Made by a program: the position numbers and the translations under genes. This document shows positions 12,361-21,479 of a DNA stretch of 64,000 nucleotides, one piece after another. Each line of letters begins with the position of its first letter. Positions within the stretch are counted from its first letter, which is position 1. The notes under the pieces are model-generated. The model worked only from the letters and a program-made list of their open reading frames with translations. It was not told where the DNA came from and searched no databases. Source of the stretch: Candidatus Sericytochromatia bacterium (lineage in GTDB: Bacteria > Cyanobacteriota > Sericytochromatia > S15B-MN24 > UBA4093); the NCBI GenBank assembly GCA_036676985.1, contig JAKFBU010000038.1, positions 96,001 to 160,000 of the forward strand, given 5' to 3'.

Positions 12361-12852
12361 TTAGTAGCTGCCGGTCAGCTGGCCGCCGTGGGGGTCGTAG
12401 CCGCCGTTCTCCATCTCGATGACGGCCTGCACGTTGTCCATGAACCACGAGGTCGAGGTGACGTTCAGCGTCTGCGTCTGCTGCGGGGGCACCGAGACGG
12501 TCTTGGTCTGGACGTCCTCGGTGGGCTGCCCCTTCTTCATGAAGGTGATCTTGAGGTTGCCCGTCAGGAGGATGGGCGAGGGGTTCACGATCTCGAGGGT
12601 CGCCTTGAGCTTGCCGAGGCCGAGGGTGGCCTTGTCGACGTCCTTGACCGTGACCGTGAGCCGGGCGTTGACCTGGGGGGCCGGGGTGGGCGTCGGCGTG
12701 GGCGCCACGACGACGGGCGTGGGCGTCGCGTTCTTGAGCTGCTTGGCCTGATCCTGAGCCGTCGGGTCGACGAGGGTGGCGGTCCCGCCGCAGCCGGCGA
12801 GCACCAGCATTCCTGCGACCAAGGCCAGGGAACAAAAGTGAGCGACCCGCAT
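12361..12852 (-). CDS. Hypothetical lipoprotein with PT linker and small beta domain
   Basis: Lipobox LAGC, PTPTPTP linker, AGGAGG RBS. Confidence 0.8.
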   Translation of the reverse strand: MRVAHFCSLALVAGMLVLAGCGGTATLVDPTAQDQAKQLKNATPTPVVVAPTPTPTPAPQVNARLTVTVKDVDKATLGLGKLKATLEIVNPSPILLTGNLKITFMKKGQPTEDVQTKTVSVPPQQTQTLNVTSTSWFMDNVQAVIEMENGGYDPHGGQLTGSY

Positions 12853-12954
12853 ACCAAACCCTCCTGTGCGTCTTAGGAGAGATATCGGCGGGCGGGTCGC
12901 GTAAACGGTAAACGTCGGTTTAAGTTTGCCAGGGAGTCTCGTTTAAGAGTTGGC

Positions 12955-12993
12955 TCAGATCTTGAGGTTGACCTTGCGCAGGGCCTCGCGCAT
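12955..12993 (-). other. 12-codon mini-ORF duplicating the PhnD C-terminus (MREALRKVNLKI)
   Basis: 41-bp direct repeat 12955-12995 vs 13008-13048 with 4 mismatches, all synonymous; GGGAGGG precedes its ATG. Confidence 0.6.
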
Positions 12994-13007
12994 GGTCAAG
13001 CCCTCCC

Positions 13008-13967
13008 TCAGATCTTCAAATTGACCTTACGCAGGGCCTCGCGCATGGAGTCGTAGTCGCTGGACTGGGCGGGGACGAAGCCGTCGACCTGGTAGATGGC
13101 CCGGATCTTGGCCCGCCCCTCGGCGGTAGCGGACAGGTCCAGGAAGGCCTTCTTGATCTTGGCGACGATGGCGGGGTCGAGGCCCTTGCGCACGGCCATG
13201 TTGTCGGCCGGGATGGGCTTGGAGACGGCGAGGACCCGGACCTGTGCCCGGTCCTTGGGGTCCTTGAGCATGGTCGACCAGGCGCTCCGCTTGCCCTCGG
13301 GGTCGTTGCAGTAGGCGGCCCCGGCATCCACCTTGCCGCGCACCACGGCGAGCACGACGGCGTCATGCCCGTTGGCGTAGAGCATGCGCTTGAGGTCGCG
13401 CTCGGGCGTGATGCCCGCGTCCATCAGCATGGCCTTGGGGTAGATGGCCCCCGAGGCGGACGTCGGGTCCACGAAGGCGAAGGTCCGGCCCTTGAGGTCC
13501 TTGAGGGACGTGATGCCCGAGTCCTTGCGGGTGATGATGGCGCCGTAGTACTGGGCCTTGCCGTTGAACTGGCTCTTGAGGAGCACCTGGGCCCCGGCCT
13601 TCTTCTCGGCCATCACGAAGGCCGCGGGCGGAAAGAAGGCCACGTCCACCTTGCCCACCTGCATCGCGCTGATGACGCCCGAGTAGTCCGTCGACAGGAA
13701 GGGTTGCACCTTCATGCCCGTGGCCTTCGAGAGGATCTCGACCATCGGGGCCGCCGTCTTGGCCATGTCGCTGGGGTTCTCCCAGGGCGTGAAGCCCACC
13801 TTCAAGACCTTCGGCGCGTAGGCCTGCGCCGGCAGGGCCGTCGCGACGAGGGTGAGAGCGCCTAACAAAACGGTTCCACCCAGCCGCCGGTAGGCGGCCA
13901 CAGGCGACCCATGCCTGGTTTTGTTAGGTGCTCTCAGGGCGAAGAGGGCCCGGACGAACTTCTTCAT
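13008..13967 (-). CDS. Phosphate/phosphite/phosphonate ABC substrate-binding protein (PhnD family)
   Basis: VGFTP.E, DYSGVI, AFVDPTSASG, GHDAV, SDYD motifs; signal peptide interrupted by a 27-aa insert. Confidence 0.9.
   Translation of the reverse strand: MKKFVRALFALRAPNKTRHGSPVAAYRRLGGTVLLGALTLVATALPAQAYAPKVLKVGFTPWENPSDMAKTAAPMVEILSKATGMKVQPFLSTDYSGVISAMQVGKVDVAFFPPAAFVMAEKKAGAQVLLKSQFNGKAQYYGAIITRKDSGITSLKDLKGRTFAFVDPTSASGAIYPKAMLMDAGITPERDLKRMLYANGHDAVVLAVVRGKVDAGAAYCNDPEGKRSAWSTMLKDPKDRAQVRVLAVSKPIPADNMAVRKGLDPAIVAKIKKAFLDLSATAEGRAKIRAIYQVDGFVPAQSSDYDSMREALRKVNLKI
13856..13933. mobile_element. 78-bp MITE, copy 1 (in frame inside the phnD-like gene)
   Basis: TIRs GAGCGCCTAACAAAAC / GTTTTGTTAGGTGCTC (15/16), flanked by TGA and TCA; homologous copy at 29940-30017. 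Confidence 0.8.
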
Positions 13968-14030
13968 GGCGCTCCCTTTCGAAGACTGGACGTCGGTATT
14001 TTACCCAGAAGGCGGGCTTTCTCGCGGGGC

Positions 14031-14408
14031 CTATTCGCCAAACGCATTTGGCAGGTGTCGGATGCCGGGCTCGGCGCCCTTGCGCAGCAACACCTCCACC
14101 ACGTCGCAACGCGCCGGGGCCTCGAAGGCCTGGTACCGCGCGAGCAGGATCTTGGCCATGCGGATGATGTGCTGCTGCTTGTGGTAGGTGACGGCCTCGG
14201 CCCCGTGGCCGTAGCGCTCGCTGCGCCGGGTCTTGACCTCGACGAACACCCAGGTCGCCCCGTCCCGGGCCACCAGGTCCACCTCTCCCCACCGGGTGCG
14301 CGCATTGCGTGCTACAATCGCGTATCCCAAGCGCTCGAGGTAGTGCGCTGCCAGGTTTTCCCCCTCTTTTGCCAGCGCAAGCCGGCCGTCGTTGGTGCCC
14401 TTGGCCAT
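14031..14408 (-). CDS. yraN: YraN family protein (UPF0102)
   Basis: GENLAAHYL..GY..VARN.R..GEVDLVA..VFVEVKTR..RCDVV. Confidence 0.92.
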   Translation of the reverse strand: MAKGTNDGRLALAKEGENLAAHYLERLGYAIVARNARTRWGEVDLVARDGATWVFVEVKTRRSERYGHGAEAVTYHKQQHIIRMAKILLARYQAFEAPARCDVVEVLLRKGAEPGIRHLPNAFGE

Positions 14409-15441
14409 GCCGGAGCCCTCATCTCTCGAAATCACCCCGCCGCGCCGCGCGATCCCGTGGTGGGGCCTGGCGCTCGTCCTCGTGGCGGTGCTCGTCGGGG
14501 CCGCCGGTCTGGGGCTTCGCTGGGGGGCGGTTGATATCCCGACGCTCGGATGGATTGATCTTATCACCATGCGCGGGCGCGAGGAGAGCTGGGGCACCAT
14601 TCTCTACGACGTGCGGCTTCCCCGCGTGCTCCTGGCCATCGTGGCGGGCGTCGGCCTCGCCTCGGCGGGGGCCACGTGGCAGGCCCTCCTGCGCAACCCG
14701 CTCGCCGACCCCTACCTCATCGGCGTCTCCTCGGGCGGTGCGCTCGGGGCGGCCGTCGCGATGTTCTTCGGCGACAGCCTCCCCGGCGGAGCCAACCTCG
14801 TGCCGGCCTTCGCCTTCCTCGGATCCCTGGGGGCGGTGGGCCTCATTTACTCCCTGTCGGGCCGCGATCGCACCTTTTCCATCGAGCGGGTGCTGTTGGT
14901 CGGCATGGCCGTGGGCGCCTTCTTCTCGGCGACGCTGAGCCTGCTGACCTACTGGCACGCGGAGTCCGTGACGACCCTCTATTTCTGGATGCTCGGCGGC
15001 TTCTCGGGCCGGGCCTGGGGCGAGCTCCTCCAGATGCTGCCCTATCTCGGCGTGGGGTTGGCGCTCATCCTCTCGCAGGTGCGCCACCTCAACGTCCTGC
15101 AGCTCGGTCCCGACCGGGCCCGCAGCCTCGGGGTGGACGTGGACTGGTGCCAGCGCCTGCTCTTGGCGGGGGCGACGCTCGTGACGGCATCGGTGGTCGC
15201 GAGCTGCGGGATGATCGGCTTCGTCGGCCTCATGGTGCCGCACCTGGCGCGCCTCCTGGTGGGACCGGACCTGCGCCGACTCCTGCCCATCTCGTGCCTG
15301 CTGGGCGCTATTCTGCTCGTGGTCGCCGATCTGGTCGCCCGCACGGCCTGGGCGCCCACCGAGGTGCCGGTCGGCGTGCTCACGGCCCTGCTCGGAGCCC
15401 CGTTCTTCCTGTTCCTGGTGCTCGGGGAGCGACGGTCATGA
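14407..15441 (+). CDS. FecCD/BtuC-family ABC permease (cobalamin/iron-chelate)
   Basis: RLPRVLLA, LRNPLADPYLIGVSSG, IGFVGLMVPH, PVGVLTALLGAPFF. Confidence 0.93.
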   Translation: MPEPSSLEITPPRRAIPWWGLALVLVAVLVGAAGLGLRWGAVDIPTLGWIDLITMRGREESWGTILYDVRLPRVLLAIVAGVGLASAGATWQALLRNPLADPYLIGVSSGGALGAAVAMFFGDSLPGGANLVPAFAFLGSLGAVGLIYSLSGRDRTFSIERVLLVGMAVGAFFSATLSLLTYWHAESVTTLYFWMLGGFSGRAWGELLQMLPYLGVGLALILSQVRHLNVLQLGPDRARSLGVDVDWCQRLLLAGATLVTASVVASCGMIGFVGLMVPHLARLLVGPDLRRLLPISCLLGAILLVVADLVARTAWAPTEVPVGVLTALLGAPFFLFLVLGERRS

Positions 15442-16685
15442 GCGTGCTGTCGGTCCAGGGCTTGGCGGCGGGCTACGGACGCCCGGCCTTCGAGGGCGTG
15501 AGCTTCACGGTGCGGCCGGGCGAGTTCGTGGGCCTGTTGGGCCCGAACGGCACCGGCAAGTCGACCCTCCTCAAGGCCGTCAGCGGCCTCATCAAGCCCA
15601 TGCAGGGGCAAGTCGAGCTCTTCGGAAAGCCCTTCGACCAGTACCGCCCCCAGGAGCTCGCGCGGCGCATGGCCGTACTTCCCCAGCAGCCGCCTTCTGA
15701 CGGGGACTTCTCGGTCCACGAGGTGGTGAGCTTCGGCCGTCATCCTTATCAGCAGGCCTTTGGCTGGGGGCAGGGCGAGGCGGATCGCCGCGTGGTCCTG
15801 GAGGCAATGCAGGCACTCGGCGTGGAGGGTTGGAAGGACCGGCGCATGGGGACGCTGTCGGGCGGCGAGCAGCAGCGGGTGCGTCTGGCGCAGGCGCTCG
15901 CCCAGGAGCCCCAGCTCCTCTTGCTGGACGAGCCCACGGCGTGGGCCGACCTCAGCTATCAACTCGAGCTCATGCGCCAGGTCTCGGATCTCAGCCGCGC
16001 GCGCGGCCTCGCGGTGGTGGCCGTCCTGCACGATCTCAACCAGGCCGCCCAGTTCTGCTCGCGTCTACTCCTGTTGCACCACGGGCGCCTCGAGAAGGAC
16101 GGCTCACCCGCCGAGGTGCTGACGGAGGAGGCGATCGCGCGGGCCTACGGCGTGCCGGTGCACGTCCGCAACCACCCGGAGACGGGAGCGCCTTACATCC
16201 TGCCGCGCATGGCCTTGAACTCGGGGCGCCGCCGGCACCGGACCATTCACGTGGTGGCGGGCGGCTCGTCGGCCCAGACCCTGATTCCCAGGCTCTATGC
16301 CCAGGGCTACGACGTGACGGTGGGCGTGCTCAACGCGCTGGACTCCGACCTGGAGCTCGCCACGAGCCTCGGCATCCCCAGCATCACCGAGGCGCCCTTC
16401 GCCTCGGTGACCCCGGAGAGCGCGCGGCTGTTGCGCGATCGCCTGGCGCAGGCGGACGTGGTGGTAGTGACGGGGGTGGGCTTCGGGCCCGGCAACCTCG
16501 AGAACCTGCGCGCGGTCGCCGAGAGCGGCCGCCCCGTGTACCTCCTGGGCGGGCCCATGGGCGAGCGGGACTTCACGGGTGGCGAGGCGACCCGCCTCTA
16601 CGAGGGTCTCCTGGCCAACGGGGCCGTGCGCACCGACGAGGCCGAGTTCGTCCGCTGGCTGGCCTCGACCGGCGCCCTCTCCTAG
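15438..16685 (+). CDS. BtuD/FecE-family ABC ATPase with C-terminal extension
   Basis: GPNGTGKS, LSGGEQQR, LLLDEPT, LHDLN; extra C-terminal domain starting IHVVAGGSS. Confidence 0.92.
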   Translation: MSVLSVQGLAAGYGRPAFEGVSFTVRPGEFVGLLGPNGTGKSTLLKAVSGLIKPMQGQVELFGKPFDQYRPQELARRMAVLPQQPPSDGDFSVHEVVSFGRHPYQQAFGWGQGEADRRVVLEAMQALGVEGWKDRRMGTLSGGEQQRVRLAQALAQEPQLLLLDEPTAWADLSYQLELMRQVSDLSRARGLAVVAVLHDLNQAAQFCSRLLLLHHGRLEKDGSPAEVLTEEAIARAYGVPVHVRNHPETGAPYILPRMALNSGRRRHRTIHVVAGGSSAQTLIPRLYAQGYDVTVGVLNALDSDLELATSLGIPSITEAPFASVTPESARLLRDRLAQADVVVVTGVGFGPGNLENLRAVAESGRPVYLLGGPMGERDFTGGEATRLYEGLLANGAVRTDEAEFVRWLASTGALS

Positions 16686-17683
16686 ACGCTCGCGACCGCC
16701 GGGACGTCGATGCCGAGCCGGCGGATCTCGTAGGCGAGCGTCTCGGCCATGCCCACCTCCAGCGAGCGCGGAGCGTAGCCGAGCTCGGCCTTCGCCTTCT
16801 CGTAGCTGCCGCCGTAGGTGGTCCCGGCGAGGCTGCGCAGGCTCTCCGAGCGCATGACCAACGGAAGCGGGAGTACCCGCTCGACCAGCCGGGCAATAGC
16901 CGCCAGCCCCTTGACCAGCTCGGGGCTCGCCGTCAGGCGCGGAGCAGGGATGCCCGTGAGCTGCTCGCACAGCTCGAAGGTCTCGACCAGGCTGTGGCGC
17001 GGACCCGTCAGGTTGTAGGCCTCGCCCACCCGGCCGCGCTCCATGGCCAGCAAGTGGCCATCCGCCACGTCCGCCACGTGCGTCCAGCTGAAGCTCGTCT
17101 GACTCGGCACGGCCGGAAGCTGCCGCTTGAGGTAGAGCTCGAAGGCCTGCTGGATGGGGTTACCCTCCACCGGCCCGTACACCAGCCCTGGCTGCACGAT
17201 GACCAGAGGCAGCCCCTCGGCCATCATGGGCAGCGCCACCTGGTAGTGGGCGAGCCACTTGGTGCGATCGTACTCCGTGAGCCACGGGCCGTCATGCCGG
17301 AAGGTCTCGTCGACCAGCTCCCCGTCGGTGTCGGAATAGACCGCCACCGAGCTGGTGTAGACGCCCTTGGGAATGCCCAGGTCGCGCATGGCCGTCAACA
17401 CGTTGCGCGTGCCCTCCACGTTGACGCGGTAGGCGCGGTCGTCGCGTGCCCCCATCTGGACCCACGCCGCGAGGTGGTAGATGCCGTCGGCTCCGCGCAT
17501 GCCCGCGACGACACGCTCGGCGTCCAGGAGGTCGCCGGGCTGGATCCGGGCGCCCATGGCGGCCAAGTGGCTCGCCTTCTCGGGGTTGCGGACGAGCGCG
17601 ATGACCTCATGCCCCTGGGCGAGCAGACGAGCCGCGACCTGGCCGCCGATGAAGCCCGTGGCGCCGGTAACGAAGTAACGCAT
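16682..17683 (-). CDS. NAD-dependent epimerase/dehydratase (HpnA/dihydroflavonol-reductase-like)
   Basis: VTGATGFIG, HLAA, YDRTK catalytic YxxxK. Confidence 0.92.
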   Translation of the reverse strand: MRYFVTGATGFIGGQVAARLLAQGHEVIALVRNPEKASHLAAMGARIQPGDLLDAERVVAGMRGADGIYHLAAWVQMGARDDRAYRVNVEGTRNVLTAMRDLGIPKGVYTSSVAVYSDTDGELVDETFRHDGPWLTEYDRTKWLAHYQVALPMMAEGLPLVIVQPGLVYGPVEGNPIQQAFELYLKRQLPAVPSQTSFSWTHVADVADGHLLAMERGRVGEAYNLTGPRHSLVETFELCEQLTGIPAPRLTASPELVKGLAAIARLVERVLPLPLVMRSESLRSLAGTTYGGSYEKAKAELGYAPRSLEVGMAETLAYEIRRLGIDVPAVASV

Positions 17684-17973
17684 GGCTTGCTTTCTCCTCT
17701 GCAGATCCGCGGATCGGGGTCGGATGGGATCCGGCTGTGCTATTCCGACGATTCATCATTATAGGCTGGGCCTGGCTCCAAAGGCCAGGCTGTCGCGTTA
17801 GCGTCCAGGGTGATCGGGAACACATGGAAGGCGGGGCCATGACCCTTGGCCTCAAAGGCACGATCGCCTATTCTGAACGTGGGAACTTCCCACTGGGCGC
17901 CCTCGTCCATGTTCCAACCGACCACCAGAGGCCGGCGTTCGCTGGCGCCCACCCCGACGAAAGGATCACGTCG

Positions 17974-18651
17974 ATGCCGAAGCTTCGCTACCTGCCCCTG
18001 GTCGCCATTTTGGCGGCGACCTGCATGGCTCCCGCTGCCTGGGCCGTCGACACCCCCAAGGCCGAGATCGAGGCGCTGCAGCGCCGGGTGGATGCCGAAC
18101 CCGCCAATCCGGACGCGCACTTCGACCTGGCCATGGGCCTCGGCCGCACCGTGAAGCTGGAGTCCGGCTACACCGCCCTCAAGAAGGTCCACGACCTCGA
18201 CCCGACCTACGCCGACAAGGTCATCGCGCGCTACAAGCCGATGGTCGAAGAGAACAAGCTAAACATCGAGGCGCAGTTCCGACTCGCCTTCGGGTACTTC
18301 TTCAAGGGCTACGGCTTCCAGCTGGACGCGGACGCCGCCAAGGGCGACCCCGCCAAGGTCGACGCCCTGCGGGCGGAGTCGGCCAAGTACAAGGGCATGG
18401 CCCGCACCTCGTTCGAGAGCATCCTCGAGGTCGATCCCAAGTACGTGTGGGGCTACAACTATCTGGGCTTCCTGTTCGGTGAGGCCAACAACCTCGACCA
18501 GGCGCTGACGGTCCTCAAGAAGGGCCTCGAGGTCGAAGACAATGCCGTCGGGCACTTCCTGATCGGCCAGATCTACATCAAGCAGGGCAACATGGCCGGC
18601 GGCGTGGCCGAAATCTCAACGGCGATGCGGATGCGCGGCCTGAATCCCTAG
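17974..18651 (+). CDS. Secreted TPR-repeat protein
   Basis: Signal peptide ending AWA; helical repeats PANPDAHFDLA, DPKYVWGYNYLG, NAVGHFLIG. Confidence 0.8.
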   Translation: MPKLRYLPLVAILAATCMAPAAWAVDTPKAEIEALQRRVDAEPANPDAHFDLAMGLGRTVKLESGYTALKKVHDLDPTYADKVIARYKPMVEENKLNIEAQFRLAFGYFFKGYGFQLDADAAKGDPAKVDALRAESAKYKGMARTSFESILEVDPKYVWGYNYLGFLFGEANNLDQALTVLKKGLEVEDNAVGHFLIGQIYIKQGNMAGGVAEISTAMRMRGLNP

Positions 18652-18694
18652 GGCAGGTTCGGGCCAGCAGGTCGTTCTCACTGCCAAGCGCTCG

Positions 18695-18722
18695 CGGACC
18701 CCGGTTTAGTGACCGGGGTCCG
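18695..18722 (+). terminator. Hairpin, likely terminator
   Basis: CGGACCCCGGT-N6-ACCGGGGTCCG followed by TCTTGT. Confidence 0.55.
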
Positions 18723-18854
18723 TCTTGTCACGTTTGCGTGAGGCTCCTTGAAACCTCATACGGGACGCTATATCCTTCTTAATGCTTTTCATCGCCGGAC
18801 CGTTTGCCGGAAATAGGGTGCTGCACGTTGGACCAGCTCAGACCGCCACGGGAA

Positions 18855-21479
18855 ATGACCCCCACGCGCTGGCTCAAGCGATTTGGGCCGGTCGTCATGA
18901 CGCTGCTCCTGGGCACCACCGTCACGCTGGGCATCTACTCGGTGGTCGAGCACCACCAGACCGAGAGCCGCGCGCAGCGCTTCCATCAGCAGGCCGAAAA
19001 CGTGGCGGCCGCCGTCCGCGAAAAGCTGGCCGTCAACACCGAGATCCTCTACTCGGTGAGCGACTTCTTCGCTGCGTCGAGCGACGTCACCCGTCGGGAC
19101 TTTCACGTCTTCACCAAGGGCCAGCTTTCTCGCCAGTCGGGCATCCAGGCCATCGAATGGGTGCCTCGCGTGCTCGCGGCCGATCGAGCCCGCTTCGAGG
19201 CGGCGGCCCGCCAGTCGGGGCTCGTGGGCTTCCGCTTCACCGAAAGCGATGCCCGGGGGAACATGGTGCCGGCCCCGCCCCGCGCGGAGTACTATCCCGT
19301 CTACTACATCGAACCGATGGCGGGCAACGAACGTGCCCTCGGCTTCGCTCCCGCCATGGCGGAGCGCGACGCCGCCATCGAGCAGGCCGTTTCGAGCGGT
19401 CAGGCGGTCGTCACGGGGCGCTTTCGGCTCATCCAGGAGCCGGGTCGCCAATACGGCCTCGCCATCTTCGTGCCCGTCTACCGGACCGCGGCGGTGCCCG
19501 CGACCGCCGAGGCGCGTCGGGCGGCCCTCGTGGGCCTGGTCGAGGGCGTCTTCCGGCTGAACGACATGATGCAGGCGGCGGTCGAGGGACTCGACCTGTC
19601 CGGCCTGAGCGTCACGCTCCTCGACCGGAGCGCCCCCGAGGACGCCCAGCTGCTCGCCAGCAGCACCGGCCCCGACGGCCCATCGGAGTCACGGGACGGT
19701 CTCGAGTGGGAGCAGGCCTTCTCGATGGGGGGGCGCGACTGGCTGATCAACTGCCAGAGCACGGACCCGGTGACCGATCCGCTGGCCGCGCCGTGGCTCT
19801 TTCTGCTCGGGGGCTTCGTCTGGACGGGCCTCGCGGCGGCCTACCAGTACAACCTCATGGACCGCAGGGCCCAAATCGAGCAGCAGGTCGAACTCCGGAC
19901 GGCCGAGCTCTCTCATGCCACCCAGGAGCTGCGGCGCAGCGAGTCCACCCTGAGCGCCATCATCACCCACGCCACGGACGCCATCTTCATCAAGGACCTG
20001 GCGGGCCGCTACCTGCTGGTCAATCCCGAGGTCGTCCGGCTCCTGGAGCGTCCGATGGACGCGATCATCGGGGCGACGGACGACGACCTGTTCCCGCCGG
20101 AGATCGCCGCGTTCAACCGCGAGAAGGACCAGCACGTCCTCGAGCAGGGTCAGGCGCAAACCCATCTCGAAACCATCTGGACTCCCGGGGACGGGCGGCG
20201 CGATTACCTCACGACCAAGTTCCCCTACCTGTCGGCCACCGGCGAGACGATCGGCATCATCGGCATGGCCCGCGACATCACTCCGCTGCAGCAGGCCGAG
20301 ACCGCCCTGCGCGAGGAACGGGACCGGGCGCAGCGTTACCTGGACGTCGCCGGGGCCATGATCGTCCTCATCGACCCCAAAGGTCGGCTGGCGCTCGCCA
20401 ACCGCATGGCCGGCGAGATCCTGGGCCGGGACCCGGCCGAGCTGGTCGGGATGGACTGGTTCGCGTCGGTCCTGCCCGACCGTGAGCGCGAGGCGACCCG
20501 CGCGGAGTTTGCCAGGCTGCTGGCGCGCGACGCGGAGACCATCAGCCGGGCGGAGCACCCGATCCGGACGCTGTCCGGCGAGGAGCGGCGCATCGTGTGG
20601 CACAACGTGACGCTCCACGACCCGCAGGGCCGACTCGTCGGGCTCCTGTGCTCGGGCACGGACGTGACGGACTACAAGCACGCCATCGAAGAGGTGGCGC
20701 ACCGCGAGGCGGAGCTTGCCCAGGCGCGGGAGATCGACCGCCTCAAGAGCAACTTCGTCAGCTCCATCTCGCACGACCTGCGCACGCCGCTCACGAGCAT
20801 CAAGGGCTACGCCGAGTTCCTGGAGGACGGCATCGGAGGGGAACTGTCCGACGAGCAGCGGGAGTTCGTCGCGCAGATCGAGCGTGGTGCCCGGCGCCTC
20901 GAGAACCTGGTGGACGACCTCCTGGACTTCGCGCGCTTCGACGCGGGGACCTTCACGCTGCGTTGCGAGCCCACGGACCTCGGCTCCATGCTGAGCGAGG
21001 TGGCCCAGAGCATGCAGCCGCAATGCGAGGAGAACCGCCTCCAGCTGAAGGTGAGCCTGCCGCCCGAGCCGCTCGTGGGCTCCTTCGACCAGAAGCGCAT
21101 CGAACGCGTGCTGGCCAACCTGGTTTCCAACGCCGTCAAGTTCACGCCGGCCGGCGGGTCGATCTGCCTCGAGGCCGAGCGAGTGGGCCAAGAGCTCCGC
21201 TGCGCGGTCATCGACTCGGGCCCCGGCATCGAGCCCGACGATCAGCCCAGGCTCTTCCAGCGCTTCAGTCAGCTGGCCACGGGCCTGCACAAGGGCGGCA
21301 CCGGCCTCGGGCTCTCCATCAGCAAGTCGATCATCGAGGCCCATGGGGGGCAGATCGGCGTGTCGAGCCGCCCGGGCGAAGGCGCCACCTTCTGGTTCAC
21401 CTTGCCCGCCGAGCCATCGCCCCTAGTGGGCGTGGAAGAGACGCAGGACGCCCCAGACCACACCCACGCCGGCCAGTAG
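18855..21479 (+). CDS. CHASE-PAS-PAS sensor histidine kinase
   Basis: TM, CHASE-like (AIEWVPRV, YYPVYYIEP..GNERALG), two PAS, SHDLRTPL H-box, NAVKFT, DSGPGI, GTGLGL. Confidence 0.93.
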   Translation: MTPTRWLKRFGPVVMTLLLGTTVTLGIYSVVEHHQTESRAQRFHQQAENVAAAVREKLAVNTEILYSVSDFFAASSDVTRRDFHVFTKGQLSRQSGIQAIEWVPRVLAADRARFEAAARQSGLVGFRFTESDARGNMVPAPPRAEYYPVYYIEPMAGNERALGFAPAMAERDAAIEQAVSSGQAVVTGRFRLIQEPGRQYGLAIFVPVYRTAAVPATAEARRAALVGLVEGVFRLNDMMQAAVEGLDLSGLSVTLLDRSAPEDAQLLASSTGPDGPSESRDGLEWEQAFSMGGRDWLINCQSTDPVTDPLAAPWLFLLGGFVWTGLAAAYQYNLMDRRAQIEQQVELRTAELSHATQELRRSESTLSAIITHATDAIFIKDLAGRYLLVNPEVVRLLERPMDAIIGATDDDLFPPEIAAFNREKDQHVLEQGQAQTHLETIWTPGDGRRDYLTTKFPYLSATGETIGIIGMARDITPLQQAETALREERDRAQRYLDVAGAMIVLIDPKGRLALANRMAGEILGRDPAELVGMDWFASVLPDREREATRAEFARLLARDAETISRAEHPIRTLSGEERRIVWHNVTLHDPQGRLVGLLCSGTDVTDYKHAIEEVAHREAELAQAREIDRLKSNFVSSISHDLRTPLTSIKGYAEFLEDGIGGELSDEQREFVAQIERGARRLENLVDDLLDFARFDAGTFTLRCEPTDLGSMLSEVAQSMQPQCEENRLQLKVSLPPEPLVGSFDQKRIERVLANLVSNAVKFTPAGGSICLEAERVGQELRCAVIDSGPGIEPDDQPRLFQRFSQLATGLHKGGTGLGLSISKSIIEAHGGQIGVSSRPGEGATFWFTLPAEPSPLVGVEETQDAPDHTHAGQ

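Noticed and set aside
14280-14410. Cobalamin riboswitch upstream of the BtuCD-like pair
   Set aside because: Upstream sequence is yraN coding sequence and no B12-box is visible.
17700-17973. 79-codon N-terminal extension of the TPR ORF or an ncRNA in this gap
   Set aside because: Signal peptide begins at 17974; short hairpins present but no recognisable RNA family.
21423-21479. 57-nt convergent overlap of kinase and ZIP genes (also 3423-3463)
   Set aside because: Low-complexity C-terminal run-ons, common in GC-rich genomes.
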